Positions 48,437 to 60,819 of a stretch of DNA of 64,000 nucleotides are shown one piece after another; the stretch's first letter is position 1; each line of letters begins with the position of its first letter. A program made the translations under genes and the position numbers. The notes under the pieces are model-generated. The model did not search any database. It worked only from the letters and a program-made list of their open reading frames with translations, and was not told the origin of the DNA. Origin of the DNA: Mobula hypostoma (taxonomy: Eukaryota). The stretch lies in NCBI RefSeq assembly GCF_963921235.1, contig NC_086097.1, positions 44,952,001 through 45,016,000 on the forward strand. Reading direction: 5' to 3'.

Positions 48437-50612
48437 ATAGACTATTAGACCATAAGACCATGAAACATGGGCAGAATTAGGCCATTTAGCCCATTGAGTC
48501 TGCCCTGCCATCCCATCATGGCTGATTTATTATCTCTCTCAACCCCTTGCCTTTTCCCTGTAACCTTTGATACCCTGACTAATCAAAAACCTACCACTTT
48601 AAATAGACCCAATAACTTAGCCTCCACAGCTGTCTGCGCCAATGAATTCCACAGATTCACTAGCCTCTGGCTAAAGAATTTCCTCCTCATATTTATTCAA
48701 AATGGGCATCCCACTATTCTAAGGTTGTGTACTCTAGTCCTAGACTTCCCCACTACAAGAAACATCCTCTCCGCATCCACTCTGTTTAGGCCTTTCAATA
48801 TTCAATAGCTTACAATAAAATCCCCTCTCTTTATTCTAAAATTGAGTGAGTACAAGCCCAGAGCAATCAAACACTCCTCATACATTAACCCTTTCATTTC
48901 TGGAATTATTCTCATGAACCTCATTTGAACCCTCTCCAATGCCAGCTCAACTTTTTTTAGATATGGAGCCCAACATTGCTCAGAATACTCCAAGTGTGGT
49001 TTTACCGATGGCTTATAGAGCCTCAGCATTGTATCTTTGCTTTTATATTCTAGTCCTCTTGAAATGAATGCTAACATTGCATTTACCTTCCTTACCGCTA
49101 ATTCAACCTGCAAGTTAACCTTTAGGGAATCCTGCTCAAGGACTCCCAAGTTTCTTTGCACCTCTGATTTTTGAATTTTCTCTCTTTTTAAAAATAGTCT
49201 ATGCCTTTATCCCTACTAGCGTGTATGAGCACACAGCTCCCCACACCATATTCCAACTGCCACTTCTTTGCCCATTCTCCTAATAAGTCTAAACTCTTCT
49301 GCAGACTCCCTGATTTGTCAATATTATCTGCCCCTCCACCTATCTTTGTATCATCCACAAACCTGGCCATAAAGCCATAGATTCTGTCAACCAAATCACT
49401 GACATATGATGTGAAAAGAAATAGTCCCAAGAGTGTTGGGACTCTGTGGAACACCAATAGCCACTGGCAGCCAATCAGAAGTTTCCCTTTCTTCCCACCC
49501 TTTGCCTCCTGCCATTAAACCAATCTTCTATCCACGCTAGCATCTTTCCTGTAATACCATAGGCTTTTATCTTGTTAAACAGCCTCACATGTGGCACCTT
49601 GTCAAAGTTCTTCTGAAAACTCAAGTAAGTATTACTGACACTTCTTTGTCTATCCTCCTTGTTATTTCCTCAAAGTATTTCAACATATTTGTCAGGCAAG
49701 ATTTGCCCTTTAAGAAAACATGCTGGCTTTGGCCTATTTTATCATGTGCCTTCAAGAACCTCGAAACCTCATCCTTCATAATGGACTCCAACATCTTCCC
49801 AACCACCGAGGTCAGGTTAATTGGCCTATAATTACCCTTCTTTCCAGATCTTCCCTTCATAAAGAGTGGAGTGACATTTGCAATTTTCCAGCCCTGCTGA
49901 ACCATTCCAGAATCTAATGACTCGTAAAAGATCATTGCTAATACCTCCACAATCTCTTCAGCTACCTCCTTCAAAACTCTTGGGTGCAGACCACCTAGTC
50001 CAGGAGACTTATCAACTTTCAGACCTTTCAGCTTCCCAAGCACCTTCTCATTAGTAATAAGCAACTAAACTCACATCTGCTCCCTGACACTTGAATTTCT
50101 GGCATACTGCTAGCATCTTCCAGTGAATGCTGGCACAAGATACTTATTAAGTTTGTCCCCTATTACTACCTCCCCAGCATCATTTTCCAGTGTCTGATAT
50201 CCACTCTCACCTCTCTTTCACTCTTTACGCATCTGAAAGAACTTTTGGCATCCTCTTTTATATTATTGGTTAGCTTACCTTCCTATTTTATCTTTTTTCT
50301 CCTTATGGCTTTTAGTTGCCTTCTGTTGGTTTTTAAAACCTTCCTAGTCCTCTAATTGCTCATTATTTTTTACTCCATTATATGCCCTCTCCTTCCCTTG
50401 TCAGCTATAGTTGTGTCATCCTCCCTCTAGAATACTTCTTCATCTTTGGAATGTATCTATCCTGAGCCTTCTGAATTGCTCCCTGAAACTCCTTGCTGGA
50501 GCTCCCTTCCAATCAACTTTTGGCCAGCTTCTCTCTTGTGCCTCTGTCATTCCTTTTAATCCACTCTAATACTGATCCATCTGACTTTAGCTTCTCCCCC
50601 TCAAACTGCAGA
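48437..50612 (-). mobile_element. CR1 ORF2 3' two-thirds
   Basis: DKSPGLGGLHPRVLKE..NYRPINLTSVVGK, FVDDTKIGG, LERVQMRF. Confidence 0.92.
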
Positions 50613-50874
50613 ATTCAGTCTTTGTGGAATGATTATACAGTAGAGAACAAAATATTTATATATGTGAAATATAAAAACTGTTCATCAAAAACACTAAACA
50701 TAGCTTTGTTGAATCACGTCTTCATTTAAAATAAAGTTGCTATTTGAATCTTAAAATAATAGCTGTCGTTGCAGTTAAATATCTTGTGACTTTATAAACC
50801 AAGTTGAAGTACAGTTTATATGACAGAATGAGAAGATCCATGGATCTCTTGAATTACAGTTTGGTATTACAGCA

Positions 50875-53313
50875 TTCAGATTGCAAAGGGAGCTGGAAAG
50901 GACAAGTAATAAGAGTAACATCATAATTGTAATGGGGGACTTCAATATGCAAGGGAATTGGGAACATCAGGTCAGTATTGGATCGCAAGAGAGGAAATTT
51001 GCTGAATGCTAGACCAGCTTGTGCTTGAGCCTACTCGGGGAAAGGCAATCTTAGATTTGGTGTTGTGTAATAATCCAGATTTATTGGGGAGCTTAAGGTA
51101 AAGGAACCCTTTAAGAGGCAGTGATCATAATATAGCTGAATTCATACTGCAATTTGAGAGGGAGAAGCATAAGTATCAGTGGAATAAAGGGAATTACAGA
51201 GGCATGAGAGAGGAGTTAGCCCAGGTTGGATTGGAAGGGAATACTGACGGGGGTGACAGCATAGCGGGGATAGCCGAAGTTTCTGGGAATAGTTCACAAG
51301 GTGCAGGATAGATAAGTCCCACAGAAGAAGGTGTTCTCAAATGGCAGGGGTATGCAACAATGGCTGATAAGAGAAGTTAAGGACTGCAAAAAAAGCCAAG
51401 GAAAGGGCATGTAAGGTAGCAAAAGTGAGTGGGAAGTTGGATGATTGGGAAGATCCCACAAAAAGCAACTAAAGAAGCCTTAAGGGAAAAGATGAAATAT
51501 GAGGGCAACCTAGCCGATATTATAACATAGGATACTAGAAGTTATTTCAGTTATATAAAGAATAAAAGGGAGGTGAGAGTTGATATTGGACCACTGGAAA
51601 ATGATGCTGGTGAGGTAGTAATGGGAGACAAAGAAATGTCAGATGAACTTAATAAGCACTTGGCATTAGTCTGCACTATGGAAGACAATAGCAGTATGCC
51701 AATGGTCCATGAGTGTCAGGGATCAGCAGTGCGTGCCATTGCTATTGCAAAGGAAAAAGTACTAGACGAACTGAAAGGTCTTAAGGTGCACAAGTCACGT
51801 GGACCAGATAGACCAGAGTTCTGAAGGAGGTTGCTGAAGAGATAGCAGATGCATTAGTTACGACCTTACATGAATCACCTGATTCTGGAATGGTCTCGGA
51901 GGACTGGAAAATTGCAAAATATCACTCCACTCTTTAAGAAGTGAGGAAGGCAAAAGAAAGGGAATTAAAGGCCAGTTAGCCTAACCTCAATGGTTGGGAA
52001 AGTGTTGGAACCTATTATTCAAGATGAGGTTTCGGATACGTGAAGACTAATGATAAAATAAGTCAATATCAGCATGGTTTCTGTTAAAGGGAAATCTTGC
52101 CTGACAAATCTGTAAGTGTTCTTCAAGGAAGTAACAAGCAGGGTGGACAAAGGAGAGGCAGCGGATGTTACTTACTTGGATTTTCAGAAGGCATTTGACA
52201 AGGTGCCATACATGATGCTGATTAACAAGATAAAATTCCATGGCATTACAGGAAAGATACTGGCATGGATAGAGGAATAGCTGACATGCAGAAGGCAGTG
52301 AGTGAGAATAAAGGTGGCCTTTTCTGGTTGGCTGCCAGTGACTAGTGGTGTTCCTCAAGGGTCATTATTGGGACTGCTGCTTTTCACATTGCTTGCCAAT
52401 GATTTGGATAATGGAACTTATGGCTTTGTGGCAAAGTTTACAGATGATACAAAGACAGGTGGAGGGGTAGGTAGTACTGAGGAAGCAATGTGACTGCAGA
52501 AGGACTCAGACAAATTGGAAAAATGGGCAAAAAGTGGCAGACAGAATACAGTGTTGGGAAATGTAAGATACTGCCTTTTGGTAAAAGGAACAAAAGTGCC
52601 AACTGTTATCTAAATGGGGAGAAAATTCAAAAACTAGAGGTGCAAAGGGACTTAGGAGTTCTTGTGCAAGACTCCCAGAAGGTTAACTTACAGGCTGAGT
52701 CTGTGGTAAAGGCAGCAAATGCAATGTTGGCATATATTTCAACGGGAATGTAATATAAAAGCAAGGAGATAATGCAGAGGCTTTATAAGACCCTAGTCAG
52801 GTCGCACTTGGAGTATTGTCAACAGTTTTGGGCCCCTTATTTCGGAAAGGGTGTGTTGTCATTGGAGAGAGTCCAGAGGAGATGTACAAGGATGATTCCA
52901 GGAATGAAGGGGTTAACATATGAGGAGTGTTTGACAGCTTTGGGCCTTGTACTCACTGGAATTTAGAAGAATGTAGGGGATCTCACTGAAACCTACCAAA
53001 TGTTGAAAGGACTAGATGGGTTGGATGTGGAGAAGATGTTTCCTATGATGGTGGTGTCCAGAACTATAGGGGAAGCAGACCCTCCAGAACAGAGGTAAGA
53101 AGAATTTTTTTTAGCTAGAGATAGTGCATCTGTGGAATGCTCTGCCACAGACAGCTGTGGAGGCCAAGACCATGGATATATTTAAAGTGAAAATTGATAG
53201 TTTTCTGATTGGTCAGGGCATCAAAGGTTATGGCGAAAAGGTTCAGCCATGATGGAATGGAAAAGTAGACTTGATGGGTTGAATGGCATAATTCTGGTCC
53301 CATGTCTTATGGC
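50875..53313 (+). mobile_element. CR1 ORF2 (APE end + RT), same group as 41563-44893
   Basis: MGDFN, SGVPQGSLLG..KFTDDTK, LERVQRRCTRMIPG, tcttatgg tail. Confidence 0.92.
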
Positions 53314-54089
53314 TAATGCTCTGTGAATATTTAGCTTGGTATGGCCTTGTACCTTATTCTCTGCCTACACTCCACATCCTCTACTTCTGTAAGACTTCAT
53401 TCTGTATTCTGTTATTGCTTTCTTTTGTGTTATCTCAAGGTACCTTTGTAATGCAGTGATCTGTACGATGCCATGTAAAAACAAGCTTTTCACTATACCT
53501 ATTGTAGCTATATGTGCCAATGATAAACCCATTGATTTTGCAACAATAAAGCAGAGTTACAAACATCTGAGTATATTTGTGACTCTTGTAGCTTTTGTGA
53601 CTTGCTGTTTATTCACTTTTAACAAGGCAAACAGCAAATTGTCAAAGGATCACAAGCATAATGATATGAGAAGCCAATCACTCAGGTCTTGCGAGACAAA
53701 CCTCTCCTTCTTCCTGTGAGTATACAGGTGCCTACACTGGTGAAATATTGATGAGCCTTCATCACAACTGCTCTCTTCCTACTGAGCTGTTTTAGCTGTA
53801 CCATTGCCTCATGAAAATGTGAGGGAAAATGCCTACCTTTCTGTTAATTCTTGGATGTTTATTGATTTTATAAACCTTTGTTTCATTAGTTATTGTATTT
53901 AACTCGATAATCTAATTTACTCCATTGTTAAAGATGAACTCATTTACATACACTCCACAGAAGTATTGGCATTTATTGCCACCAATTAGTTTAGAGCTGA
54001 GTTGACTTTTTGCTGTGAAACTGCTGTTCTCTTCTCCAATGAATGAATTCAACAAATGTCAGAAAAGAAAAATAATCAGTATGAAATCA

Positions 54090-54643
54090 TAAACATGAGA
54101 AATTCTGCAGATGCTGGCAATCCAAAGCAACACACACAAAATGCTGGCCGAACATTTTAATTCCGATTCCCACTCCTGTTCTGACGTGTCGGCCCATGGT
54201 CTCCTCTTGTGCCAAGATGAGGGACCCTCAAGGTGGAGGAACAACACGTTATATTGCGTCTGGGTAGCACCAACCTGAAGGCATGAATATTAATTTCTCT
54301 TTCCAGTAAGCAAATTCCACCCCTGTTCCTCTGATCCCCACTCTGACCGTTCACCTCTTCTCATCTGCCTATTATTTCTACTGAGATCCCTTCCTCCTGC
54401 CCTTTCTCCTATGATCCATTCTCCTCTCCCATCAGATTTCTTTTTCTCCAGTCCTTTATCTTTCCCACCTATCTGGTCTATCAACTTCTAGCTAACCTCC
54501 ACCTCTCCCTCCACTTTTTATTCTGGCATCTTCACCTTTCCTTCTCAGTCCTGAAGCAGGGTCTTGGCCTGAAATGTTGACCATCTGTTCATTTCCACAG
54601 ATGCTGCCTGACCTGCTGTGTTCCTTCAGCATTTTGTGTTGCT
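54090..54643. mobile_element. Older Penelope insertion with inverted structure
   Basis: 54090-54152 is a tailed 3' end on the minus strand; 54153-54643 is a GIY-YIG end plus tail-less repeat on the plus strand (decayed hammerhead 54546-54582); aataatc.g.atga on both flanks. Confidence 0.82.
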
Positions 54644-54807
54644 GTGCAATAATCTGGATGAGTAATGCTAGGAAAGCGCCCTTTCAAATTAAATCTATTC
54701 ACCAGTTTAAAAAATATATTAGTCTGCTAAAAGGAATGAAGATCAGCTTCAAGTGCAAAGAAATCTCTGATATCTTTTCCATCAGAGACAGCAACTGAAA
54801 TGTTGGA

Positions 54808-55105
54808 TCAAGGATATAATGTTGAGGCTTTATAAAGGCACTGGTGAGGCCTCACGGACTATTGGGGGCAGTTTTGGGCCCTTATCTAAGATATGCTAAC
54901 ATTGGAAAGGGATCAAAGGAGGTTCACGAAAATTATTCTGGGATTGAAAGGCTTGTCATTTGAGGAGCATTTGATGGCTCTGGGCCTATACTCACTGAAA
55001 TTCACAAGAATGAGGGGAGATCTCATTGAATCCTATCGAAAGGTGCAAGGCCTAGATAGAGTGGATGTAGCAAGGATGTTTCCTGTGGTGGGGAGTCCAA
55101 GACCA
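54808..55105 (+). mobile_element. CR1 3' fragment
   Basis: LERDQRRFTKIILG..LYSLKFTRMRGDLIE. Confidence 0.8.
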
Positions 55106-57839
55106 TGTTTCAATTTTTGCTAAAATATCATACTTCCCTCATCTTCCTATACTTTCACCCCACCTGCCTTATTTCTTACATTTACTACTAAGCACTACCA
55201 AGTCTACCATTGAATATATTCCAGCCATTGTTTGCTCGGTCTTTCAAATTCTATTTTCAGCCTTTCATTTCCAGCATTGCTTTTCTCATTCTGAGTCCAT
55301 GCTCGGCTTCCCACCCTCCTGCCAAGCTTACTTAATTCCTCCAACAGCAGAAACATGTCCGCTTGGAGGGTGATTGGTCCAACACCTGTTCCCACCATCC
55401 TCTGAACAAGTACCAATGCTCCAATAATCCAAACCCCTCCCTCCTGCATCATCCCTCCCAGCACAAAATCATGGTATTATTCCGCTATTTATGAGCAGAC
55501 CAGTATGTGGCATTAGAAATAACTGAATCCTCTGATGTCTTACTTCTTAATCTCTCTCAACTTCCTAACATCTATCTTTAGGAACTCAGACCTTAATCTA
55601 TCAAATCTTAGTCATTAGATATGGATTACAAACATAGTCTATTCACATTATCTCCACGGAGTATGCCATACTTGCTTAGAGATACATTAAGGACCCACAC
55701 ATTATTCTGGAACCACCATAGATTTTGGTATTTTGACCTTTCAAAAGAGCTTTCTCCTCTTTTTATGCTGTTAGTTTTAAATGAACCTCCATTCCCTCCT
55801 GTCATGATCTGGAAAACCAAAACATTGCCTCCTGCACCTGGCAACAATTCTACCATTACCAAAAATCTCTATTCTCTCTTGTCAACCAGCCTCTCTGAAC
55901 TTTTCACTTTGTTTCCTTTATGCAACAGTAACAGCCTGTCCAGGTTTAATGTACCTTTCAGCATTTATCTAGAAGTAATATATGCATTGAAAGTGGACAC
56001 ATTTTACATAGATTTACTTTTAGCCATCTACAGGTAAAACATAACAATTATTTTAAAGGTATGCTAATTCATTTTACATCTTGGTATGGCCATGATAGCT
56101 GATAGAGGGAATGCTTTTTATATTAGCAGAGATCTCTGTTTATAGAAATAGAGGATGTAGTTGTATCTCAAGTTTCTTAAACTGCATGAGCTGAAATATT
56201 TGATTCTTCACAGTTTCTTTTGGGATGACTACTTGGTATAGTGAGTCTAAGCACTGCCTATTGAGAAAGGAGATTTAAAAAAAATAAAAACATTGCAAAG
56301 GAATTTATGCACCTCTCACAATTTGGCAAAGCATCACAGAAGGATCTGGGACAATCAATTTCACCTGAACTCTCAATAAATGTACAGTATTTACTGTGGT
56401 GTTGATAAAAATATAATCTTTTCAAAAGACAAAACAAAAGCCAACTAAAAGAATGACTATGGACTGCTATTGTATACTGCATTCTAGAATTAGATGGAGT
56501 GAACTGATGTTAAATCCACATTTTATGACCTCTCTATGAACTTAAAACCTTACAAGGTAGCATGGAAGCTGTTAAATTAGCTGAAACTAGTTATATAAAG
56601 TCCATAAAATTATGAACTATTGACTCTATTGCCTTCTGTAATAAAAGAATGTTGTCTGGAAATTGTTCCCTTTTAGATGACAGAAAAGCAGGTTTTGTGG
56701 GCACTGTAAAAGCCACCATTTTCATATACAGTTCAGAAACACTATAAACACTCAGCAGCCACTTAACATCCCAGAATTACAGTCACGGTACATGTACTTG
56801 GTCTTCCATTATTTAGCAAGGCAAGCACTCTAAAGCATCCTGAGAATAAGGATCACAGACATCACATTGTTATGCATAGAAATCAGACTGCATAGCAAAT
56901 GAAACCACAATACAATTTCTAAGCAACATAGTTAAATATAGCATAAACTTTTATCTTTCATAGACCATCATTTAAGGAGCAGTAAGTTACAGGTTGCTCT
57001 GTAATGTTATTTTGAGGGTAAACTGTTAATTGATGAAATTTAATATAGTTAAGTTTAAAGTATTGTATTTAGGAATAAATATTGGATGAATTCTATCTAT
57101 CACAATGTTGATATGAGTATTCTATTTTAATAGAATTTTCACTTTATATAGATGTTCTGGAACAATATACAAATCAAGAAGTATACTAAATTATAGACTA
57201 AAATAAAAGATCCCACACAGAACCTTGTGTCAAGACTTCAGTACTCTGGTCATGATGCATCTGAGATTAAATCACTGAACTTCAAGCCCTTGAAGAGGAA
57301 GTACAAAAAGCCATGATTCAGATGTTCAGTGTTATTACAGACAGTGATGACCGGGGGAAAAAAACATGTCTCTTCATTCTTCAAAGAAACCTATTTATGA
57401 AGAGAGCCAAAAGAACACTAGAAAAAGGGAAATTCATTAATTTGTGACAATGAAACTAACAGACACATATTTAATTCCCAATATAGAAGTGTAGGACACA
57501 AAGAGAGTATTTCTGAATAAAAATTGATGAAAACCAAACATGTATATTTTAAAGTATTTATACAGTGTAATAAAGATAAATACTTTTGGATTTTATTTTT
57601 CTGAATCTAGTGTATAATGAAATAAGAGTTTCCATCTGAATGTAAGAGGAAGATGAACTGCCAATCTTCATTAATACAGTAGCAACAGTAACCCAGACCA
57701 TTTGCTTTACAAGTAAAGCTTTACTTAAACCTGCTTGGTTATGAACTGTCAAAGATCTATTCTTCTTGATGCTCATTACTGCTCTACCTCCTTTGTCAAT
57801 TCAATCAGTTATTGCAATGTTTAAGCCCACTCATCACAA

Positions 57840-58285
57840 GCATTAAAATACATTCTATTGGACTAAACATCCATTCCATCTCCAAAACTGCAAAACTCAG
57901 CTCCAAATTTTACCCAATTCCATCTCAGCATCAGTTCAGTTCACCTACTGCTGAAGTCCTCACCTGTGATTTTATTACTTCTACACTTAACTGATCCAAT
58001 GGACTTTAACCAGTCCTCTTATTCAACTCACTGCAAACTTCAGCTCATTTAAAGCTCTGCTGACCTTCCTAATTCACACCAAATACTATTCAATTGTTAA
58101 CCCTATAATCACCAGCCAGCAACACCACAATTTTAAAATTTTCATCTTTGTTTTCAATCCCTCCATTGTTTTGGCTCTTGCTGTTCCTCAATTTCTCTTG
58201 CTTTCCATTGCTTTAAGAAATCTTTATTCATTTATCCCATCATTTTACACAAATCCAAATTTAATGATTTCACCATTGCCATCCA
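57840..58285 (+). mobile_element. Ancient L2-like 3' fragment
   Basis: aaacttcagctcatttaaagctctgctg (KLQLIxxSA) and ttttaaaattttcatctttgttttcaa (FKILxLVF-like). Confidence 0.45.
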
Positions 58286-59802
58286 CTTCTTTCTGCTGAT
58301 CCAAATATACAGTATTTCTTTTTTGAACTCATGGTACATTCTTGCAATTGAGTTTAAAATAAATTTTCCAGATTATCCATCCTTCCTCAAGTGCATTTGC
58401 ATCAGTATACAATTCAATAAAATAACAATACAACCTTTAAAGCTGAAAGTTGAAGTAAACCAAAACACTGTTAACACAAGGGATTAAATTTATAGCCCTC
58501 GTTTGTACTACATTCTTTTGCAGTTCTGAGATCAAATCTGGGATACTACTCAAAGTGAATCCTAAAACCAGCACTGGCTGAAGGTTTCTCAGATCTACAT
58601 TCTGTTCATTTTAATATATATATTCACAATTATGTTGATTTTGGTAATTTTCACTCTACATTGATTTATCATATTAAGTATCTGCTCTCAGACATTAAGC
58701 TCCACTTAGTTTCAAGGGCTAAGATTTTAACACCATTCACAAACTGTAGCATCCATTGGTTTTCTCTTTCTCTGTTCTTCATTATTGTTTGCAATGCTTT
58801 TAAATTTCATATTCTTGACCACTGGAATATTTTGCACGACCTTCTTATAGTTTCTGGCATGCTTCCTTTAACTCCTTTGTCAATCTAAATTTGAGATTAT
58901 TTGAGTCTTGATGCAGAAGTCAAAGATCTGCTTGGAACAGGGCTTGCCTTTTTTACTTTCTCAAAATAAAATCATAAAGAAAGAATATCTAAGGATTTAA
59001 CTCTTTTTAAATTGCACAGTTAACGATGTGCAAAATGTTTATATCTTTAAAGGATGAAAGTAATGAAGATTCAGAATAAACTACTTTATATTAACTTAAC
59101 ATTTAAGATTTCTTTAATTATTTTTCATTTTTCTATCTTAAATTATAACGCAGTTGAAAAATATACTGTTCTGAAGAATGTCATTTTAAAGTCACTGTAT
59201 ATTTCTAATTTAACATCTGTTTATGGCCTAGAGTCATAGAGAAGAACAGCACAGAAACAAATCCTTTGACCCAACTAGTCCATAACAAAACCATCTAATG
59301 ACCTGCTCTGGGGCCATAGCCCTTCTTACCCCTACTATCCACGTACCTATCCAAACTTCTCTTAAATGTTGAAATCAAACTCGCATACACCACTTGTGCT
59401 GGCAGTTCATTCCATACTCTCACAACCCTCTGACCGAAGAAGTTTCTCCTCATGTTCCCCTTAAACTTCTCACCGTTCAACCTTAACCCATGACCCCTGG
59501 TTGTAGTCCCACCCAACCTCAGTGGAAAAAGCCTGCTTGCTTGTAACTTCATAATTTTGTATACCTCTATCAAATCTCCTCTCAATCTTCTACGTTCTAA
59601 AGACTACAGTCCTAACCTATTCAATCTTTCTTTATAACTCAGGTACTCCAGACCTGGCTACATCCTTGTAAATTTTCTCTGTCCTCTTTCAACCTTCTTT
59701 CTTGTAGGTAGGTGACCAAAACTGCATACAATACTCCAAATTAGGCCTCACCAACATCTTATACAACTTCAAATTAACATCCCATCTCCTGTACTCAATA
59801 AA

Positions 59803-60819
59803 CAACATACATCAAAGTTGCTGGTGAACGCAGCAGGCCAAGCAGCATCTGTAGGAAGAGGTGCAGTCGACGTTTCAGGCCGAGACCCTTCGTCAGGACT
59901 ACCTGAAGGAAGAGTGAGTAAGGGATTTGAAAGTTGGAGGGGGAGGGGGAGATCCAAAATGATAGGAGGAGGGGGAGGGATAGAGCCGAGAGCTGAACAG
60001 GTGATAGGCAAAAGGGGATACGAGAGGATCATGGGACAGGAGGTCCGGGAAGAAAGACAAGGGGGGAGGGACCCAGAGGATGGGCAAGAGGTATAGTCAG
60101 AGGGACAGAGGGAGAAAAAGGAGAGTGAGAGAAAGAATGTGTGCATAAAAATGAGTAACAGATGGGGTACGAGGGGGAGGTGGGGCCTTAGCGGAAGTTA
60201 GAGAAGTCGATGTTCATGCCATCAGGTTGAAGGCTACCCAGACGGAATATAAGGTGTTGTTCCTCCAACCTGAGTGTGGCTTCATCTTTACAGTAGAGGA
60301 GGCCATGGATAGACATGTCAGAATGGGAATGGGATGTGGAATTAAAATGTGTGGCCACTGGGAGATCCTGCTTTCTCTGGCGGACAGAGCGTAGATGTTC
60401 AGCAAAGCGGTCTCCCAGTCTGCGTCGGGTCTCGCCAATATATAAAAGGCCACATCGGGAGCACTGGACGCAGTATATCACCCCAGTCGACTCACAGGTG
60501 AAGTGATGCCTCACCTGGAAGGACTGTTTGGGACCCTGAATGGTGGTAAGGGAGGAAGTGTAAGGGCATGTGTAGCACTTGTTCCGCTTACACGGATAAG
60601 TGCCAGGAGGGAGATCAGTGGGGAGGGATGGGGGGGACGAATGGACAAGGGAGCCGCGTAGGGAGCGATCCCTGCGGAATGCAGGGGGGGGGGAGGGAAA
60701 GATGTGCTTAGTGGTGGGATCCCGTTGGAGGTGGCGGAAGTTACGGAGAATAATATGTTGGACCCGGAGGCTGGTGGGGTGGTAGGTGAGGACCAGGGGA
60801 ACCCTATTACGGAGAATAA
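59803..60819 (-). mobile_element. Young 5'-truncated Penelope element
   Basis: Open GIY-YIG frame; 13-bp TSD tgtactcaataaa (59790-59802, 60820-60832). Confidence 0.95.
59864..59905 (-). ncRNA. Minimal type I hammerhead ribozyme motif
   Basis: Minus strand agtc-CTGACGA-agggtctcggcct-GAAAC-GTC-gact; intact core. Confidence 0.8.

Noticed and set aside
55204..55464. 86-aa ORF resembling a membrane or viral protein
   Set aside because: Better explained as a decayed CR1 ORF1-end remnant; no viral motifs
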